DNA of 64,000 nt, taken from contig JBEBIZ010000006.1 in NCBI GenBank assembly GCA_040080135.1, positions 16,829-80,828 of the forward strand. The letters run 5' to 3'. This DNA comes from Thiobacillaceae bacterium (GTDB lineage: Bacteria; Pseudomonadota; Gammaproteobacteria; Burkholderiales; Thiobacillaceae). The translations under genes and the position numbers were made by a program. Of the stretch, positions 29,501-39,367 are shown piece by piece (position 1 is the first letter of the stretch; each line of letters begins with the position of its first letter). The notes beneath the pieces were generated by a model, which was given only the letters and a program-made list of their open reading frames with translations, ran no database searches and was not told the origin of the DNA.

Positions 29501-29778
29501 TCTGTAAAGCGGTGAGTTTCTTCCCCCGGCGCGCCCGTGTCGGGATCGATCCAGTCGGATATGCCTAATTCGTCTTCGGCCTCTTCCAGCGTTTCGCCGG
29601 GCTCATAGTCGCTATCGGCGTTGTAATCCATGTCTTGCGTGGCATCGAGCAGAGTGGCGAACGGGCCGTACTCATCTCCTGTTTCGCTGTCCAGCCAGTA
29701 AAAGCCGTCAGGCCGCTCAATTACGCGGGTCAGGCCATCGTTCTGGATGATTGCTGGTTCTGATCTGGCGAGTTTCAT
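29497..29778 (-). CDS. Hypothetical acidic protein
   Basis: Asp/Glu-rich ORF converging on the previous gene with a 4 bp overlap. An alternative start exists at 29790. Confidence 0.55.
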   Translation of the reverse strand: MKLARSEPAIIQNDGLTRVIERPDGFYWLDSETGDEYGPFATLLDATQDMDYNADSDYEPGETLEEAEDELGISDWIDPDTGAPGEETHRFTD

Positions 29779-30069
29779 CTTTTTCTCCATCTGTGCGAAC
29801 TATAGGAAGCCTGACTGTTCAGATCAAGGCTCGATCATCCGCTAATCAAAATTGCACTTCAAATGGGAGTCCGGATTGCCTGTTGCACCCCCGTGCTTAC
29901 TTAGCGGCTCGAGCGTATTCAACTTGAGATACGGGAACGTGAAGGGCACTGTTGTGGCGAGGAAAACGATACAATCCGGTAAAGTGGTGTTGGGTAGTGA
30001 AAAGTAATGTGATGCGCGTGTTGTAATATCTGGGCGCAATAATTTCCAAAGATGATTGAGAGGATGACA

Positions 30070-31050
30070 ATGAACGTCGAATTTTCGAAGAAAATGTTTT
30101 TACCCTTGGTGCTCGCAGCAGTGGTCGCCGTATCCGGTTGCGGTGACGACAAAAAGAAAACGGAAGAAAAAGGCGGAACGCAGGTTGCCGCCAAAGTGAA
30201 CGGCACCGAGTTGACCGTACACCAGGTCAACTTTGCATTGCAGCGTATTCCCAATCTGGACAAGAGCAAAGCCAAGGAGGCATCGCTTCAGGTGATTCGT
30301 TCGCTGGTGGATCAACAGGTGATTGTGCAAAAAGCGATGGGCGACAAGCTGGATCGCGATCCAGCGGTGGTGCAAGCGATGGACGCTGCCCGCAGCCAGA
30401 TTCTGGCCGAGGCTTACATGAGCCGCAAGCTGGGTACGCCGGTTGTGCCCAGTGCTGCCGAGGTGACGGATTACTACAACAAACATCCTGAGTTTTTCTC
30501 GCAGCGCAAGGTTTTCCGCCTGCAGGAAATTGCCATCAAGGCGCCCAAGGACAAGTTTGAGGCGATTCGTGCACAGCTCACCGCATCCAAAACGCTGAAT
30601 GAATTTGGTGAATGGCTCAAGGCAGAAAAATATCAGGTCAAGGCTTCGCAAGGTGTGAAAGCATCCGAGCAATTGCCGCCTGCCATCCTGCCCAATCTGC
30701 AAAAAATGCCCGATGGTCAGGCCATGGTAGTGGCGACGCCAGAAGGATTATTGGTATTGGTGTTGGCGGGCTCGCAGGCACAACCTGTCACCGAAGTACA
30801 GGCTAAACCCGCGATTGAGCGCTTGTTGCAAAACCAGAAACGCCAGAAAGCCGCCAAGCAGGAGCTGGATACGCTGAAGGCCGCCGCCAAAATCGAGTAT
30901 CTGGGCGAGTTTGTTGACGCAGGCAAAGCGCCTGTGGCAGCTAAAGAACCTGCTCCAGCAACGCCTGCCCCCGCTGCTGCTGCGGGCAGCAAGGCGGCGC
31001 CTGCTGATCCATCTGCTGACGCAATCAGTAAGGGCATTTCCGGTCTGTAA
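30070..31050 (+). CDS. epsD: EpsD family peptidyl-prolyl isomerase-like lipoprotein
   Basis: Lipobox VSGC, QVAAKVNG.E.TVHQVN and a SurA/rotamase-like region. First gene of the exosortase B locus; alternative starts at 30052 and 30064. Confidence 0.8.
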   Translation: MNVEFSKKMFLPLVLAAVVAVSGCGDDKKKTEEKGGTQVAAKVNGTELTVHQVNFALQRIPNLDKSKAKEASLQVIRSLVDQQVIVQKAMGDKLDRDPAVVQAMDAARSQILAEAYMSRKLGTPVVPSAAEVTDYYNKHPEFFSQRKVFRLQEIAIKAPKDKFEAIRAQLTASKTLNEFGEWLKAEKYQVKASQGVKASEQLPPAILPNLQKMPDGQAMVVATPEGLLVLVLAGSQAQPVTEVQAKPAIERLLQNQKRQKAAKQELDTLKAAAKIEYLGEFVDAGKAPVAAKEPAPATPAPAAAAGSKAAPADPSADAISKGISGL

Positions 31051-31745
31051 TGTTTAGGGGCACGGTGAGCCGGCCCCGGTTGCTTATGTCTCCTGTTTTC
31101 GTTCGCAGCCTGCCGTTTGGGCTGTATATCGCTTTCCTTGTGCTCGAAGGTCTGTTGCCCGATTGGGCACCGGGCTTCGACGTGCGCTGGTTATATCCGC
31201 TCAAAGCCGGACTGGTCGCGTTGGTGCTGGCGGTGCTGTGGCGCCATTACACCGAACTCAAGCCGCATGGTCTGTCGTTCAAACACCTTCTGCTGTCGCT
31301 GGCAGCGGGCATTGTGGTGCTGGTACTGTGGGTCAATCTCGATGCGGGCTGGATGCTGATGGGAGAGATGGGCAAAGGCTACAACCCGACCAATGCAGCT
31401 GGGCAGATCGACTGGTTGCTGGTGGCATTTCGTATTGTGGGTGCAGCGCTGGTCGTGCCGATCATGGAAGAACTGTTCTGGCGTTCGTTCTTGCAGCGCT
31501 GGGCGCAGCAGGCCGACTTTATGGCACTTGATCCGGCGCAGATCGGCCTGAAAGCGCTGCTGATCGCCAGCGCATTGTTTGCCGTTGAACATGTGCAATG
31601 GTTCGCCGGGCTGATCGCCGGGCTGGCGTATGGCTGGCTGTATATCCGTACACGCAAGCTGTGGGCACCGATTCTGGCGCACGCCGTGACCAATGGTGGG
31701 TTGGGGGCGTATGTGTTTGTAACCGGGAAGTGGGCGTTCTGGTGA
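31050..31745 (+). CDS. CAAX prenyl protease-related protein (PEP-CTERM associated)
   Basis: VPIMEELFWRSF, FAVEH and AHAVTN CPBP motifs. Confidence 0.85.
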   Translation: MFRGTVSRPRLLMSPVFVRSLPFGLYIAFLVLEGLLPDWAPGFDVRWLYPLKAGLVALVLAVLWRHYTELKPHGLSFKHLLLSLAAGIVVLVLWVNLDAGWMLMGEMGKGYNPTNAAGQIDWLLVAFRIVGAALVVPIMEELFWRSFLQRWAQQADFMALDPAQIGLKALLIASALFAVEHVQWFAGLIAGLAYGWLYIRTRKLWAPILAHAVTNGGLGAYVFVTGKWAFW

Positions 31746-32998
31746 AAAAAATGCGCTTGCTCATTCCCCTGGTCGTTGGCGCGCTCCAGACTATGCCGGT
31801 TTTGGCAAAAGAGGGTGATACTTTTAGGCTGTTTGCGTCGTATGGCAGTACGTATGACGATAATTTGTTTCGCCTGGCCGAGAATGAAGGCTCGGGCACT
31901 CCGCGCGACGACTTTTCTGGTTCTTTAAGTGCCGGATTGACCATGAACTGGACGATCGGTCGCCAGAACATCACTGCGAATCTGACTGAAACACAAGTTC
32001 GTTATCAGCGAAATACTTCCCTTGATTACGATGGCCATGATTATCAGGCAGCTTGGAACTGGCGTTTGGGTAACCACTTGAGCGGCAATTTGGGCACGGG
32101 CGAATCAGTGACCCAAAGCAGTTTTAGCAATGTCAGTCAGATTAATAACCAAGTCCTTCGGCAACGTCATTTTGGCCGAGTCGATTGGGAGCTTCACCCG
32201 CGCTGGCGAATCGGGCTTGGCGGCGAGCAAGCCGACAATACTAACGGTGCATCGTCGTTGAGCACCCAAAATTTCCAGCAACAGTCCTATGACATTGGCC
32301 TAACGTATATCACGCCCAAGGGTAGTAGCTTAGGTTTCCAGGCGCGTCGGGTCGATTCCACGTTCCCCAACCCCCAAGTCATCAATGTATTTTTTCCCCC
32401 TTTTCCGTTGTCTTTGATTACCCCGCCGAGCGTCACTGTTAAAGACAACAGTTATCAGCAGACCGAGTATGCTTTAAATGGTGATTGGCGATTTTCTGGC
32501 AAGCTCTCATTGCAGGGGCGATTGGGCTGGATAGGGCGCAGTTATGCCAATAGCCAGCAAGGGAGCTTCCCAGGCTTTACCGTTGCATTGAGCACGCGTC
32601 CTGATTTTAGCGGGGTCTCAGGACGGCTCTCCGGAAACTGGAGCGTTACGGGGAAGACATCGTTGAGTGCATCGGTCTATCAGGAACCAAGCGACGCAGG
32701 CGACATCAATGCCATAACAGCTTTGAACCAGGGCGCTAGCATCAACGGTGCTTGGTTGGTGCGTGAAAAATGGCGGCTAAATACCGGAGCCACCTTCGTG
32801 AAGCGGAGTTTCCAGGGTGATCCAGGTGTGTCGCAAAACAAGGACAACACCTTGGGGGTGTCTCTTTCGCTGGGCTATACGCCGATCCGTGCGGTCTCGT
32901 TGAATGTCGGCTTAAGTAGCGGGAGTCGAGATTCCGACAATACTGTCGAAGATTACAAGTTCCACTCGTTATTTGCTAATGTTCGAGCTGACTTTTAA
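31742..32998 (+). CDS. epsL: EpsL-like outer-membrane beta-barrel protein
   Basis: Signal peptide, YDDNLFR, alternating beta-strand pattern and C-terminal Phe (VRADF). Confidence 0.75.
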   Translation: MKKMRLLIPLVVGALQTMPVLAKEGDTFRLFASYGSTYDDNLFRLAENEGSGTPRDDFSGSLSAGLTMNWTIGRQNITANLTETQVRYQRNTSLDYDGHDYQAAWNWRLGNHLSGNLGTGESVTQSSFSNVSQINNQVLRQRHFGRVDWELHPRWRIGLGGEQADNTNGASSLSTQNFQQQSYDIGLTYITPKGSSLGFQARRVDSTFPNPQVINVFFPPFPLSLITPPSVTVKDNSYQQTEYALNGDWRFSGKLSLQGRLGWIGRSYANSQQGSFPGFTVALSTRPDFSGVSGRLSGNWSVTGKTSLSASVYQEPSDAGDINAITALNQGASINGAWLVREKWRLNTGATFVKRSFQGDPGVSQNKDNTLGVSLSLGYTPIRAVSLNVGLSSGSRDSDNTVEDYKFHSLFANVRADF

Positions 32999-33044
32999 GT
33001 AGTTAGTACTTGGCAGACGATCCGCTAGCGTCTGGTGGGTCATT

Positions 33045-33061
33045 AAGGTATGTTTTTTGCT
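33045..33061 (+). promoter_or_regulatory. Candidate sigma54 promoter upstream of epsE
   Basis: AAGGTATGTTTTTTGCT: GG (33047-48), N10, GC (33059-60), with TTGCT at -12. Confidence 0.4.
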
Positions 33062-33131
33062 GTGATGGTTTGTGCTTGTACGTCGGGCTATCGCACGACG
33101 CTGTGGCAGTCAGGTTTGATTGGAGAATTTC

Positions 33132-33926
33132 ATGAAGGTGTGGTTAAGAAGCGTATTGATGGCGTTTGCCTTGTTGCTGTTGCAACCCGCATTGGCAGCT
33201 GATGATGAATACCGTATGGGTATGGGCGACGTGCTGCGGATCACCGTGTATGGCAACCCGGATCTCTCTACCGAGGTACGTGTTGGCGAAAACGGCACGA
33301 TCAATTTCCCGTTGATTGGTGCAGTAACTGTGGCGGGGCAGACACCTGCATCTGCAGAGAAGGACATTGCCAGTCGCCTATCCAAAGGCGGTTTTATTGT
33401 TGACCCTAACGTGAATTTGAACGTCACGCTTTACCGAGGACAACAGATTTCAGTGCTGGGCAGGGTAAATCGCCCATCCAAATATCCATTAGAGAAAATC
33501 AGTCATATATCTGATGTCCTGGCGCTGGCGGGTGGTATTGCTGGTGATGGCGCAGATGTGATTACCCTGATACGTGAACGCAATGGTAAAACCGAATACC
33601 ACGACATTGATGTTATTGCGCTGTTTAAGGAGGGTGGCGAGGCGGCGAATGTGCTGGTGGGCGACGGCGATATTATTAATGTCCCGCGTCAGCCGATTTT
33701 CTATATTTATGGTGAAGTTCAGCGCCCAGGTGCATTTCGACTTGAGCAGAACATGAGCCTGGTGCAAGCATTAACGATGGGCGGTGGCATTACTTCGCGT
33801 GGTACGCAGCGCGGTATCAAGATATTGCGACGCGATGTCAAAGGCGTGATGCAGGAGCTGGAAACAAAACTTTCAGACCCGATTCAACGCGATGACGTAA
33901 TTTACGTCAAGGAAAGCCTGTTCTAG
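33132..33926 (+). CDS. epsE: Polysaccharide export protein (Wza/EpsE)
   Basis: YR.G.GD.LRITVYG.PDL, G.I.FPLIG, SLBB repeats and GEV.RPG. RBS GGAGA precedes ATG 33132. Confidence 0.88.
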   Translation: MKVWLRSVLMAFALLLLQPALAADDEYRMGMGDVLRITVYGNPDLSTEVRVGENGTINFPLIGAVTVAGQTPASAEKDIASRLSKGGFIVDPNVNLNVTLYRGQQISVLGRVNRPSKYPLEKISHISDVLALAGGIAGDGADVITLIRERNGKTEYHDIDVIALFKEGGEAANVLVGDGDIINVPRQPIFYIYGEVQRPGAFRLEQNMSLVQALTMGGGITSRGTQRGIKILRRDVKGVMQELETKLSDPIQRDDVIYVKESLF

Positions 33927-33945
33927 GCTTGATCAAGAGATAACC

Positions 33946-35334
33946 ATGAACTTTACTCAATTCCTGCTGATTCTGAACGCGCGCAAGTGGGTTATTCTTG
34001 GCGTGCTGCTGTTAATTGTCGCCGTTACTACGGCGGTGAGCCTATGGCTCCCGAAGGAATACACTGCTGCCACTGACCTGATAATTGATTCCAAGAGCAA
34101 GGATACCTTGACCGGTCAGATGCTGTCCTCACAGATGTTTCCTGGGTACATGGCGACCCAGGTCGACGTTATCAAGAGCGCCAAAGTCGCGCAAAAAGTG
34201 GTGTATGAACTGAAGTTGGTGGATAGTCCCGGTGTCCGCGAGCAATTCATGCAAGCGACTAAAGGCAAAGGCACCATCGAGCAGTGGCTGAGTAGTTCGC
34301 TGCTGCAAAGACTTAACGTCGAGCCTTCGCGCGAGTCCAGTGTGATTACTATTTCATTCGATGGATCAGACCCGCAATTTAGCGCCACAATAGCTAATGC
34401 TTTTGCCAAGGCATATATTGAAACTAATCTTGACCTGCGCGTGGAACCTGCCAAGCAAAATGCTACTTGGTTCGACCAGCAGATTGTCCAGTTGCGTGAG
34501 CGAGTAGACCAGGCCCAGCAGAAACTCACTGCCTATCAGCGTGAAAAGAGTATTGTCGAATCCGAAGAGCGGCTGGATGTGGAAACCCGGCGCATGGGGG
34601 ACATCGCGGCCCAGGCGGTCGCGGCACAATCCGCGTTGTTTGATGCCAGCTCACGCACGCGTGAGAGTAGTAGCCTACCCGAGGTGACCAACAACCCAGT
34701 GGTGCAAGGCCTGAAAGCACAAGTGGCACAAGGCGAGGGCAAGCTGGCCGAACTGGCCGGGCGCGTCGGTGCCAACCACCCCGAATTTTTGCGCCTACAG
34801 GCCGAGGTCAATACCTACAAGGCCAAACTCGCCACCGCACTTAGTACGGCTACGCGCGGTATAGGTGCCACCGCCGGCGCGGCGCGCCAGCGTTACAGCG
34901 AACTGAGCGGCGCATTTGATAAGCAAAAAGTCAAAGTGCTGGGGCTAAAGCAGCAGCGCGAAGAAGCCACCCTGCTGGCACGCGATCTGGAAAACGCCCA
35001 GCGCATTTACGATTCCGCCCTGCAGCGCTATGGTCAGAGCCGTATGGAAGCACAGTCCACGCAAACCGACATCTCCGTGCTGAATCTGGCGGTTGCCCCC
35101 ACCGCTCCGTCCAAGCCGCGAGTATTCCTGAGGGTATTTCTCTCGGTATTCGTGGGCGCTTTGCTGGGCGTGAGTGCAGGGTTACTGGTTGAAATGTTGG
35201 ATCGCCGAGTGCGTTCCGGGCAGGACATTGCAGCTGGATTGGGAATACCGGTGTTGGCCGAAGTGACTAAAAAGGGTCGCCGACTGAGGGCGCTGCGCCG
35301 TCTGCTTAGCCGCAACCGCCCCGCCATGGCTTGA
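33946..35334 (+). CDS. epsF: Chain-length determinant (polysaccharide co-polymerase)
   Basis: Two TM segments flanking a coiled-coil, P..PSKP, and C-terminal LDRRVRS..D....G.PVL. Confidence 0.88.
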   Translation: MNFTQFLLILNARKWVILGVLLLIVAVTTAVSLWLPKEYTAATDLIIDSKSKDTLTGQMLSSQMFPGYMATQVDVIKSAKVAQKVVYELKLVDSPGVREQFMQATKGKGTIEQWLSSSLLQRLNVEPSRESSVITISFDGSDPQFSATIANAFAKAYIETNLDLRVEPAKQNATWFDQQIVQLRERVDQAQQKLTAYQREKSIVESEERLDVETRRMGDIAAQAVAAQSALFDASSRTRESSSLPEVTNNPVVQGLKAQVAQGEGKLAELAGRVGANHPEFLRLQAEVNTYKAKLATALSTATRGIGATAGAARQRYSELSGAFDKQKVKVLGLKQQREEATLLARDLENAQRIYDSALQRYGQSRMEAQSTQTDISVLNLAVAPTAPSKPRVFLRVFLSVFVGALLGVSAGLLVEMLDRRVRSGQDIAAGLGIPVLAEVTKKGRRLRALRRLLSRNRPAMA

Positions 35335-35377
35335 TCGCCCACTTACCTGATATCACACCGAATAAGTCGAGGTTTAC

Positions 35378-36265
35378 ATGAATTCATTCACCAGCATTAG
35401 CGAACATGGCAGTATCGTCGAAGCGCCAGCCAGTGTTGGGGCCGAGGCTAATATCGGCAAGTTGCTGCAGGATGCCGGCAAGCTCAAACCGCAAGACATG
35501 GAGCGTGTGCTCAAGCTGCAAAAGGAACGAAACCTGCGCTTTGGCGTTGCCGCGCAACAACTCGGCCTGGTAACCGAGGCCGACATCCAGCAAGCCTTGT
35601 CGCAGCAGTTTGAATACCCCACCATTCCCGCCGCCGAGGCGGGTCTCAGCCCCGAGCTCACCGCTGCGATCGATCCCTACAGCAAGGAGGCTGAAGCGCT
35701 GCGCACGGTTCGCTCAGAACTGTTGCTGCGCTGGTTCAAGGATGGCCGTAGAACCCTGGCAATAGGCAGTGCGCGCGCAGACGAAGGCGCAAGCTATCTG
35801 GCCGCCAACCTGGCCGTTCTGTTTGCGCAAATGGGGCGCAAGGTTCTGCTGGTCGACGCCAACATGCGGCAACCGCGCCAGCACGATATTTTTAATCTGG
35901 GCAAGGGCATGGGGCTGTCCGATTTCTTGGCTGGGCGTGTACCTTCGTTGCAAGTACACGGGATCAAGTCGTTTCCGACATTGGCCGTGCTGCCTGCCGG
36001 GTCACCACCGCCTAACCCGGCAGAATTGCTGGCACGCCCAACGTTCGGTGCACTACTGTCGAGCCTGGAAACCAGATACGACATCATTCTGTTGGATACA
36101 GCACCCGCACAGCGCAGCTCGGACTTCCAGCTGATTGCGGCGCATGTGGGCGGCATGTTGATCGCCAGCCGTCGTAACATCAGCCGTCTTGCGCCTCTGG
36201 CCGAACTGAAAGAGAAAATCACTTTTACCGGTGCTCAAGTGGTTGGCGCAGTGGTGCTGGATTAA
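35378..36265 (+). CDS. epsG: EpsG BY-kinase-like protein with an N-terminal MshEN-like motif and degenerate Walker A
   Basis: EALRT.RSEL, DEGASYLAANLA, VLLVDANMR, PPNPAELL and DIILLDT. Confidence 0.85.
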   Translation: MNSFTSISEHGSIVEAPASVGAEANIGKLLQDAGKLKPQDMERVLKLQKERNLRFGVAAQQLGLVTEADIQQALSQQFEYPTIPAAEAGLSPELTAAIDPYSKEAEALRTVRSELLLRWFKDGRRTLAIGSARADEGASYLAANLAVLFAQMGRKVLLVDANMRQPRQHDIFNLGKGMGLSDFLAGRVPSLQVHGIKSFPTLAVLPAGSPPPNPAELLARPTFGALLSSLETRYDIILLDTAPAQRSSDFQLIAAHVGGMLIASRRNISRLAPLAELKEKITFTGAQVVGAVVLD

Positions 36266-36269
36266 TCCC

Positions 36270-37175
36270 ATGAACACACTTGCCTCACGCGCATCCATGC
36301 TCGATTCCTTGGTTCCCCTCAAGGCCTGGTGGCCTATCGTGTTGGGCCTGCTGGTGCTGTATGTGCCCACCTACTGGACGTTGTCACACGGGATGTGGAA
36401 TTCGGAAGACTATGCCCACGGCCCCATCGTGCTGGTGGTGACCCTGTTTCTGATCTGGCAGCAGCGTGCCGTGTTCATAGCCGATTCCAGCAAGCCCACA
36501 GGTGTCGAGACAGCCACCGGCTGGACCCTGCTGGTTGTTGGCTTGCTCGCCTATGCGCTCGGCCGCTCCCAGGATATTATGGTGTTCGAAATCGGCTCGC
36601 AGATACCGGTCATCCTCGGTGCGCTGCTCATCACGCAGGGGACAAAAGCTGCCCGCGCCTTGTGGTTTGCGCTGTTTTTCCTGCTGTTCATGATTCCGCT
36701 GCCGGGTTTTGTGGTCGATTCGGTCACTGGCCCGCTCAAGCAATACATTTCGGTCATCGCCGAACAGGTGTTGTATGCCGTCGGCTACCCCATCGCGCGC
36801 AGCGGCGTCACCCTCACCATCGGCCCGTATCAACTGCTGGTGGCCGATGCCTGCTCCGGCCTGCATTCCATGTTCAGCCTGTCGGCCATGGGTTTGCTGT
36901 ATCTGTATCTGATGCAGCACACCAGCACCGCGCGCAACCTCATCATCATGGCCGCCGTTTTGCCGATCGCGTTTGTCGCCAACATCGTGCGCGTCATGGT
37001 GCTGGTGCTGGTGACTTACCACCTGGGCGACGAAGCCGGGCAGGGCTTCCTGCATGGCTTTGCCGGCATCATGCTGTTCGTCATCGGCCTGCTGTTTCTG
37101 TTTTTGCTGGACTGGGTGCTGGGCTTTATCTTCCCCGATCGTCCACGCGCAAACCTGACTGGAGACAAGTCATGA
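36270..37175 (+). CDS. xrtB: Exosortase B (EpsH)
   Basis: Multi-TM; YAHG, VADACSGL (catalytic Cys), ANIVR (Arg) and FLHGFAG (His). Confidence 0.92.
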   Translation: MNTLASRASMLDSLVPLKAWWPIVLGLLVLYVPTYWTLSHGMWNSEDYAHGPIVLVVTLFLIWQQRAVFIADSSKPTGVETATGWTLLVVGLLAYALGRSQDIMVFEIGSQIPVILGALLITQGTKAARALWFALFFLLFMIPLPGFVVDSVTGPLKQYISVIAEQVLYAVGYPIARSGVTLTIGPYQLLVADACSGLHSMFSLSAMGLLYLYLMQHTSTARNLIIMAAVLPIAFVANIVRVMVLVLVTYHLGDEAGQGFLHGFAGIMLFVIGLLFLFLLDWVLGFIFPDRPRANLTGDKS

Positions 37176-37867
37176 AACTTATCAGTTTCAAGCATCTTAT
37201 CATCGGCCTGTGCATGTTTGCCGCAGCGGGCATGGCGCTGGCGCTCAAACCCACTACCAAAGTGGCGGATAGCGGTCCCAAAATCGATCTCGAAACGCTG
37301 ATCCCTAAAATATTCGGCGACTGGAAAATGGACGCAACCATCACCCCGCTGATCGCCAATCCCGAGCAGGAAGCGCTGATCAAAAAAATCTACAGTCAGA
37401 CGCTCGCCCGCACCTATGTCAATGCCGCTGGCGAACGCGTCATGCTATCCATCGCCTATGGCGGCGATCAGTCCGACAACATGGCGGTGCACAAACCCGA
37501 GGCCTGCTATCCAGCCCAGGGATTCCAGATACTCAAGAATCCTACCATTAGCACCTTTTCCACCGAAGAAGGGAGCATTCCCATCAAACGACTGGTTGCC
37601 ACCCAGGGGCAGCGTATTGAGCCGATTACCTATTGGACGACTGTGGGTGACGAGGTTGCCATCAGTGGGTTGAAATGGAAGTTTCAGCAAGTGAAATATG
37701 GTCTCACCGGAAAAATTCCCGATGGTCTGTTGTTCAGAATTTCGAGCATTCAGGCAGACGAAACCAAGGCCTACCAAACGCAGGATGCCTTCACCCGCGA
37801 TCTACTCAAGGCGATGTCGCCCAGTGGGCGTAAACGCATCATCGGCAACCCTAATCCGGCCAGTTGA
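37172..37867 (+). CDS. epsI: Exosortase-associated protein EpsI (B type)
   Basis: YSQTLARTY, LSIAYG.DQ....VH.PE.CY..QGF and PDG.L.R.S. ATGA coupling to xrtB. Confidence 0.88.
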   Translation: MKLISFKHLIIGLCMFAAAGMALALKPTTKVADSGPKIDLETLIPKIFGDWKMDATITPLIANPEQEALIKKIYSQTLARTYVNAAGERVMLSIAYGGDQSDNMAVHKPEACYPAQGFQILKNPTISTFSTEEGSIPIKRLVATQGQRIEPITYWTTVGDEVAISGLKWKFQQVKYGLTGKIPDGLLFRISSIQADETKAYQTQDAFTRDLLKAMSPSGRKRIIGNPNPAS

Positions 37868-37913
37868 TTAATCTACGTCCTTAACCCGATTGCCCACTTC
37901 ATTACACGAAAAC

Positions 37914-38999
37914 ATGATTAAAAAAGCTCTCATCACCGGTGTCACAGGGCAGGATGGCGCCTATCTTGCTGAGTTCCTGCTGGAAAAGGGCTATGAAGTT
38001 CATGGCATCAAGCGCCGCACTTCGCTGTTCAATACCGACCGTATCGACCACCTGTACGAAGGCCCTGAAGTCAAAACGCGTCGCTTCATCTTGCATCACG
38101 GCGACCTCACCGACAGCTCCAGCCTGATCCGCATCATCCAGCAAGTCCAGCCCGACGAAATTTACAACCTTGCCGCGCAAAGCCATGTTGCAGTGAGTTT
38201 TGAAGAGCCGGAATACACGGCCAACTCAGATGCCCTCGGCGCGCTTCGGATTCTGGAAGCCATTCGCATTCTTGGCCTGGAAAAGAAAACCCGTTTCTAC
38301 CAGGCATCCACTAGCGAACTGTTCGGTCTGGTACAGGAAATTCCGCAAAAGGAAACGACCCCTTTCTACCCGCGCAGCCCTTACGCCTGCGCCAAGCTCT
38401 ACGCCTACTGGATTACCATCAACTATCGTGAAGCCTACGGCATGTATGCCTGTAACGGCATCCTGTTCAACCACGAATCGCCTGTACGCGGCGAGACTTT
38501 CGTCACGCGTAAAATCACCCGTGCGCTGGCGCGCATCAAGCTCGGCCTGCAGGATTGTTTGTTCCTCGGCAACATGGATGCCAAACGTGACTGGGGGCAT
38601 GCCAAGGATTACATCGAAATGCAATGGTTGATGTTGCAGCAGGACCAGGCGGAAGATTTTGTCATTGCCACCGGCGTGCAATACAGCGTGCGCGACTTTG
38701 TCGATGCAGCTGCCAAGGAATTGGGAATGGCGATTCGATGGGAAGGTCAGGGCATCGACGAAAAAGGCTTTGATGCCAACGGCAAATGCATCGTATCCGT
38801 CGATGCGCGCTACTTCCGTCCCACCGAGGTGGAAACCCTGTTGGGCGACCCCACCAAAGCAAAAACAAAACTCGGCTGGACGCCGAAGATCAGCTTTGCT
38901 GAGCTGGTGGCCGAGATGGTGCGCGAGGATCTTAAAGCCGCTGAGCGGGATGAGTTGGTGAAGAAACATGGCTACAAAGCCATGGATTACCACGAATGA
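37914..38999 (+). CDS. gmd: GDP-mannose 4,6-dehydratase
   Basis: [26 protein letters not shown] and [15 protein letters not shown]. Confidence 0.97.
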   Translation: MIKKALITGVTGQDGAYLAEFLLEKGYEVHGIKRRTSLFNTDRIDHLYEGPEVKTRRFILHHGDLTDSSSLIRIIQQVQPDEIYNLAAQSHVAVSFEEPEYTANSDALGALRILEAIRILGLEKKTRFYQASTSELFGLVQEIPQKETTPFYPRSPYACAKLYAYWITINYREAYGMYACNGILFNHESPVRGETFVTRKITRALARIKLGLQDCLFLGNMDAKRDWGHAKDYIEMQWLMLQQDQAEDFVIATGVQYSVRDFVDAAAKELGMAIRWEGQGIDEKGFDANGKCIVSVDARYFRPTEVETLLGDPTKAKTKLGWTPKISFAELVAEMVREDLKAAERDELVKKHGYKAMDYHE

Positions 39000-39064
39000 G
39001 CACAGTCACGGGGCAAGCTCCAGGCTCGCCCCATGCACTTGTAACTTGAGACCTGAATCCCATC

Positions 39065-39367
39065 ATGGATCGTGAAGCCGAAATCAAGATGTTGATTGCC
39101 GGTGTAATGCACCGCAACGCAGGGCGCTTACGTGGTCACAAGGTCTTTTTGTTTGGATCTCGTGCGACGGGTGATGCAAGGTCGCATTCTGATTTTGATA
39201 TTGGCGTGGTTGGCGATGAGCCGCTGTCGCTGAGCGATTTTTATGACATCGAAGATCAATTGGACGAATTGCCCACGCTCTACAAAATAGACTGGGTGGA
39301 TTTCAATCGTGTGTCCCCGCGTTTCAGTGAGCGAGCCGCGCGGCGGATAGAGGTGCTTCATGGCTGA
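39065..39367 (+). CDS. Minimal nucleotidyltransferase (MntA-like antitoxin)
   Basis: LFGSRA.G.....SD.DI motif and KID.VD. Confidence 0.85.
   Translation: MDREAEIKMLIAGVMHRNAGRLRGHKVFLFGSRATGDARSHSDFDIGVVGDEPLSLSDFYDIEDQLDELPTLYKIDWVDFNRVSPRFSERAARRIEVLHG

Noticed and set aside
36329-37171. 512-aa ORF extending EpsI upstream
   Set aside because: It is an alternative frame over xrtB. EpsI starts at the coupled ATG 37172.
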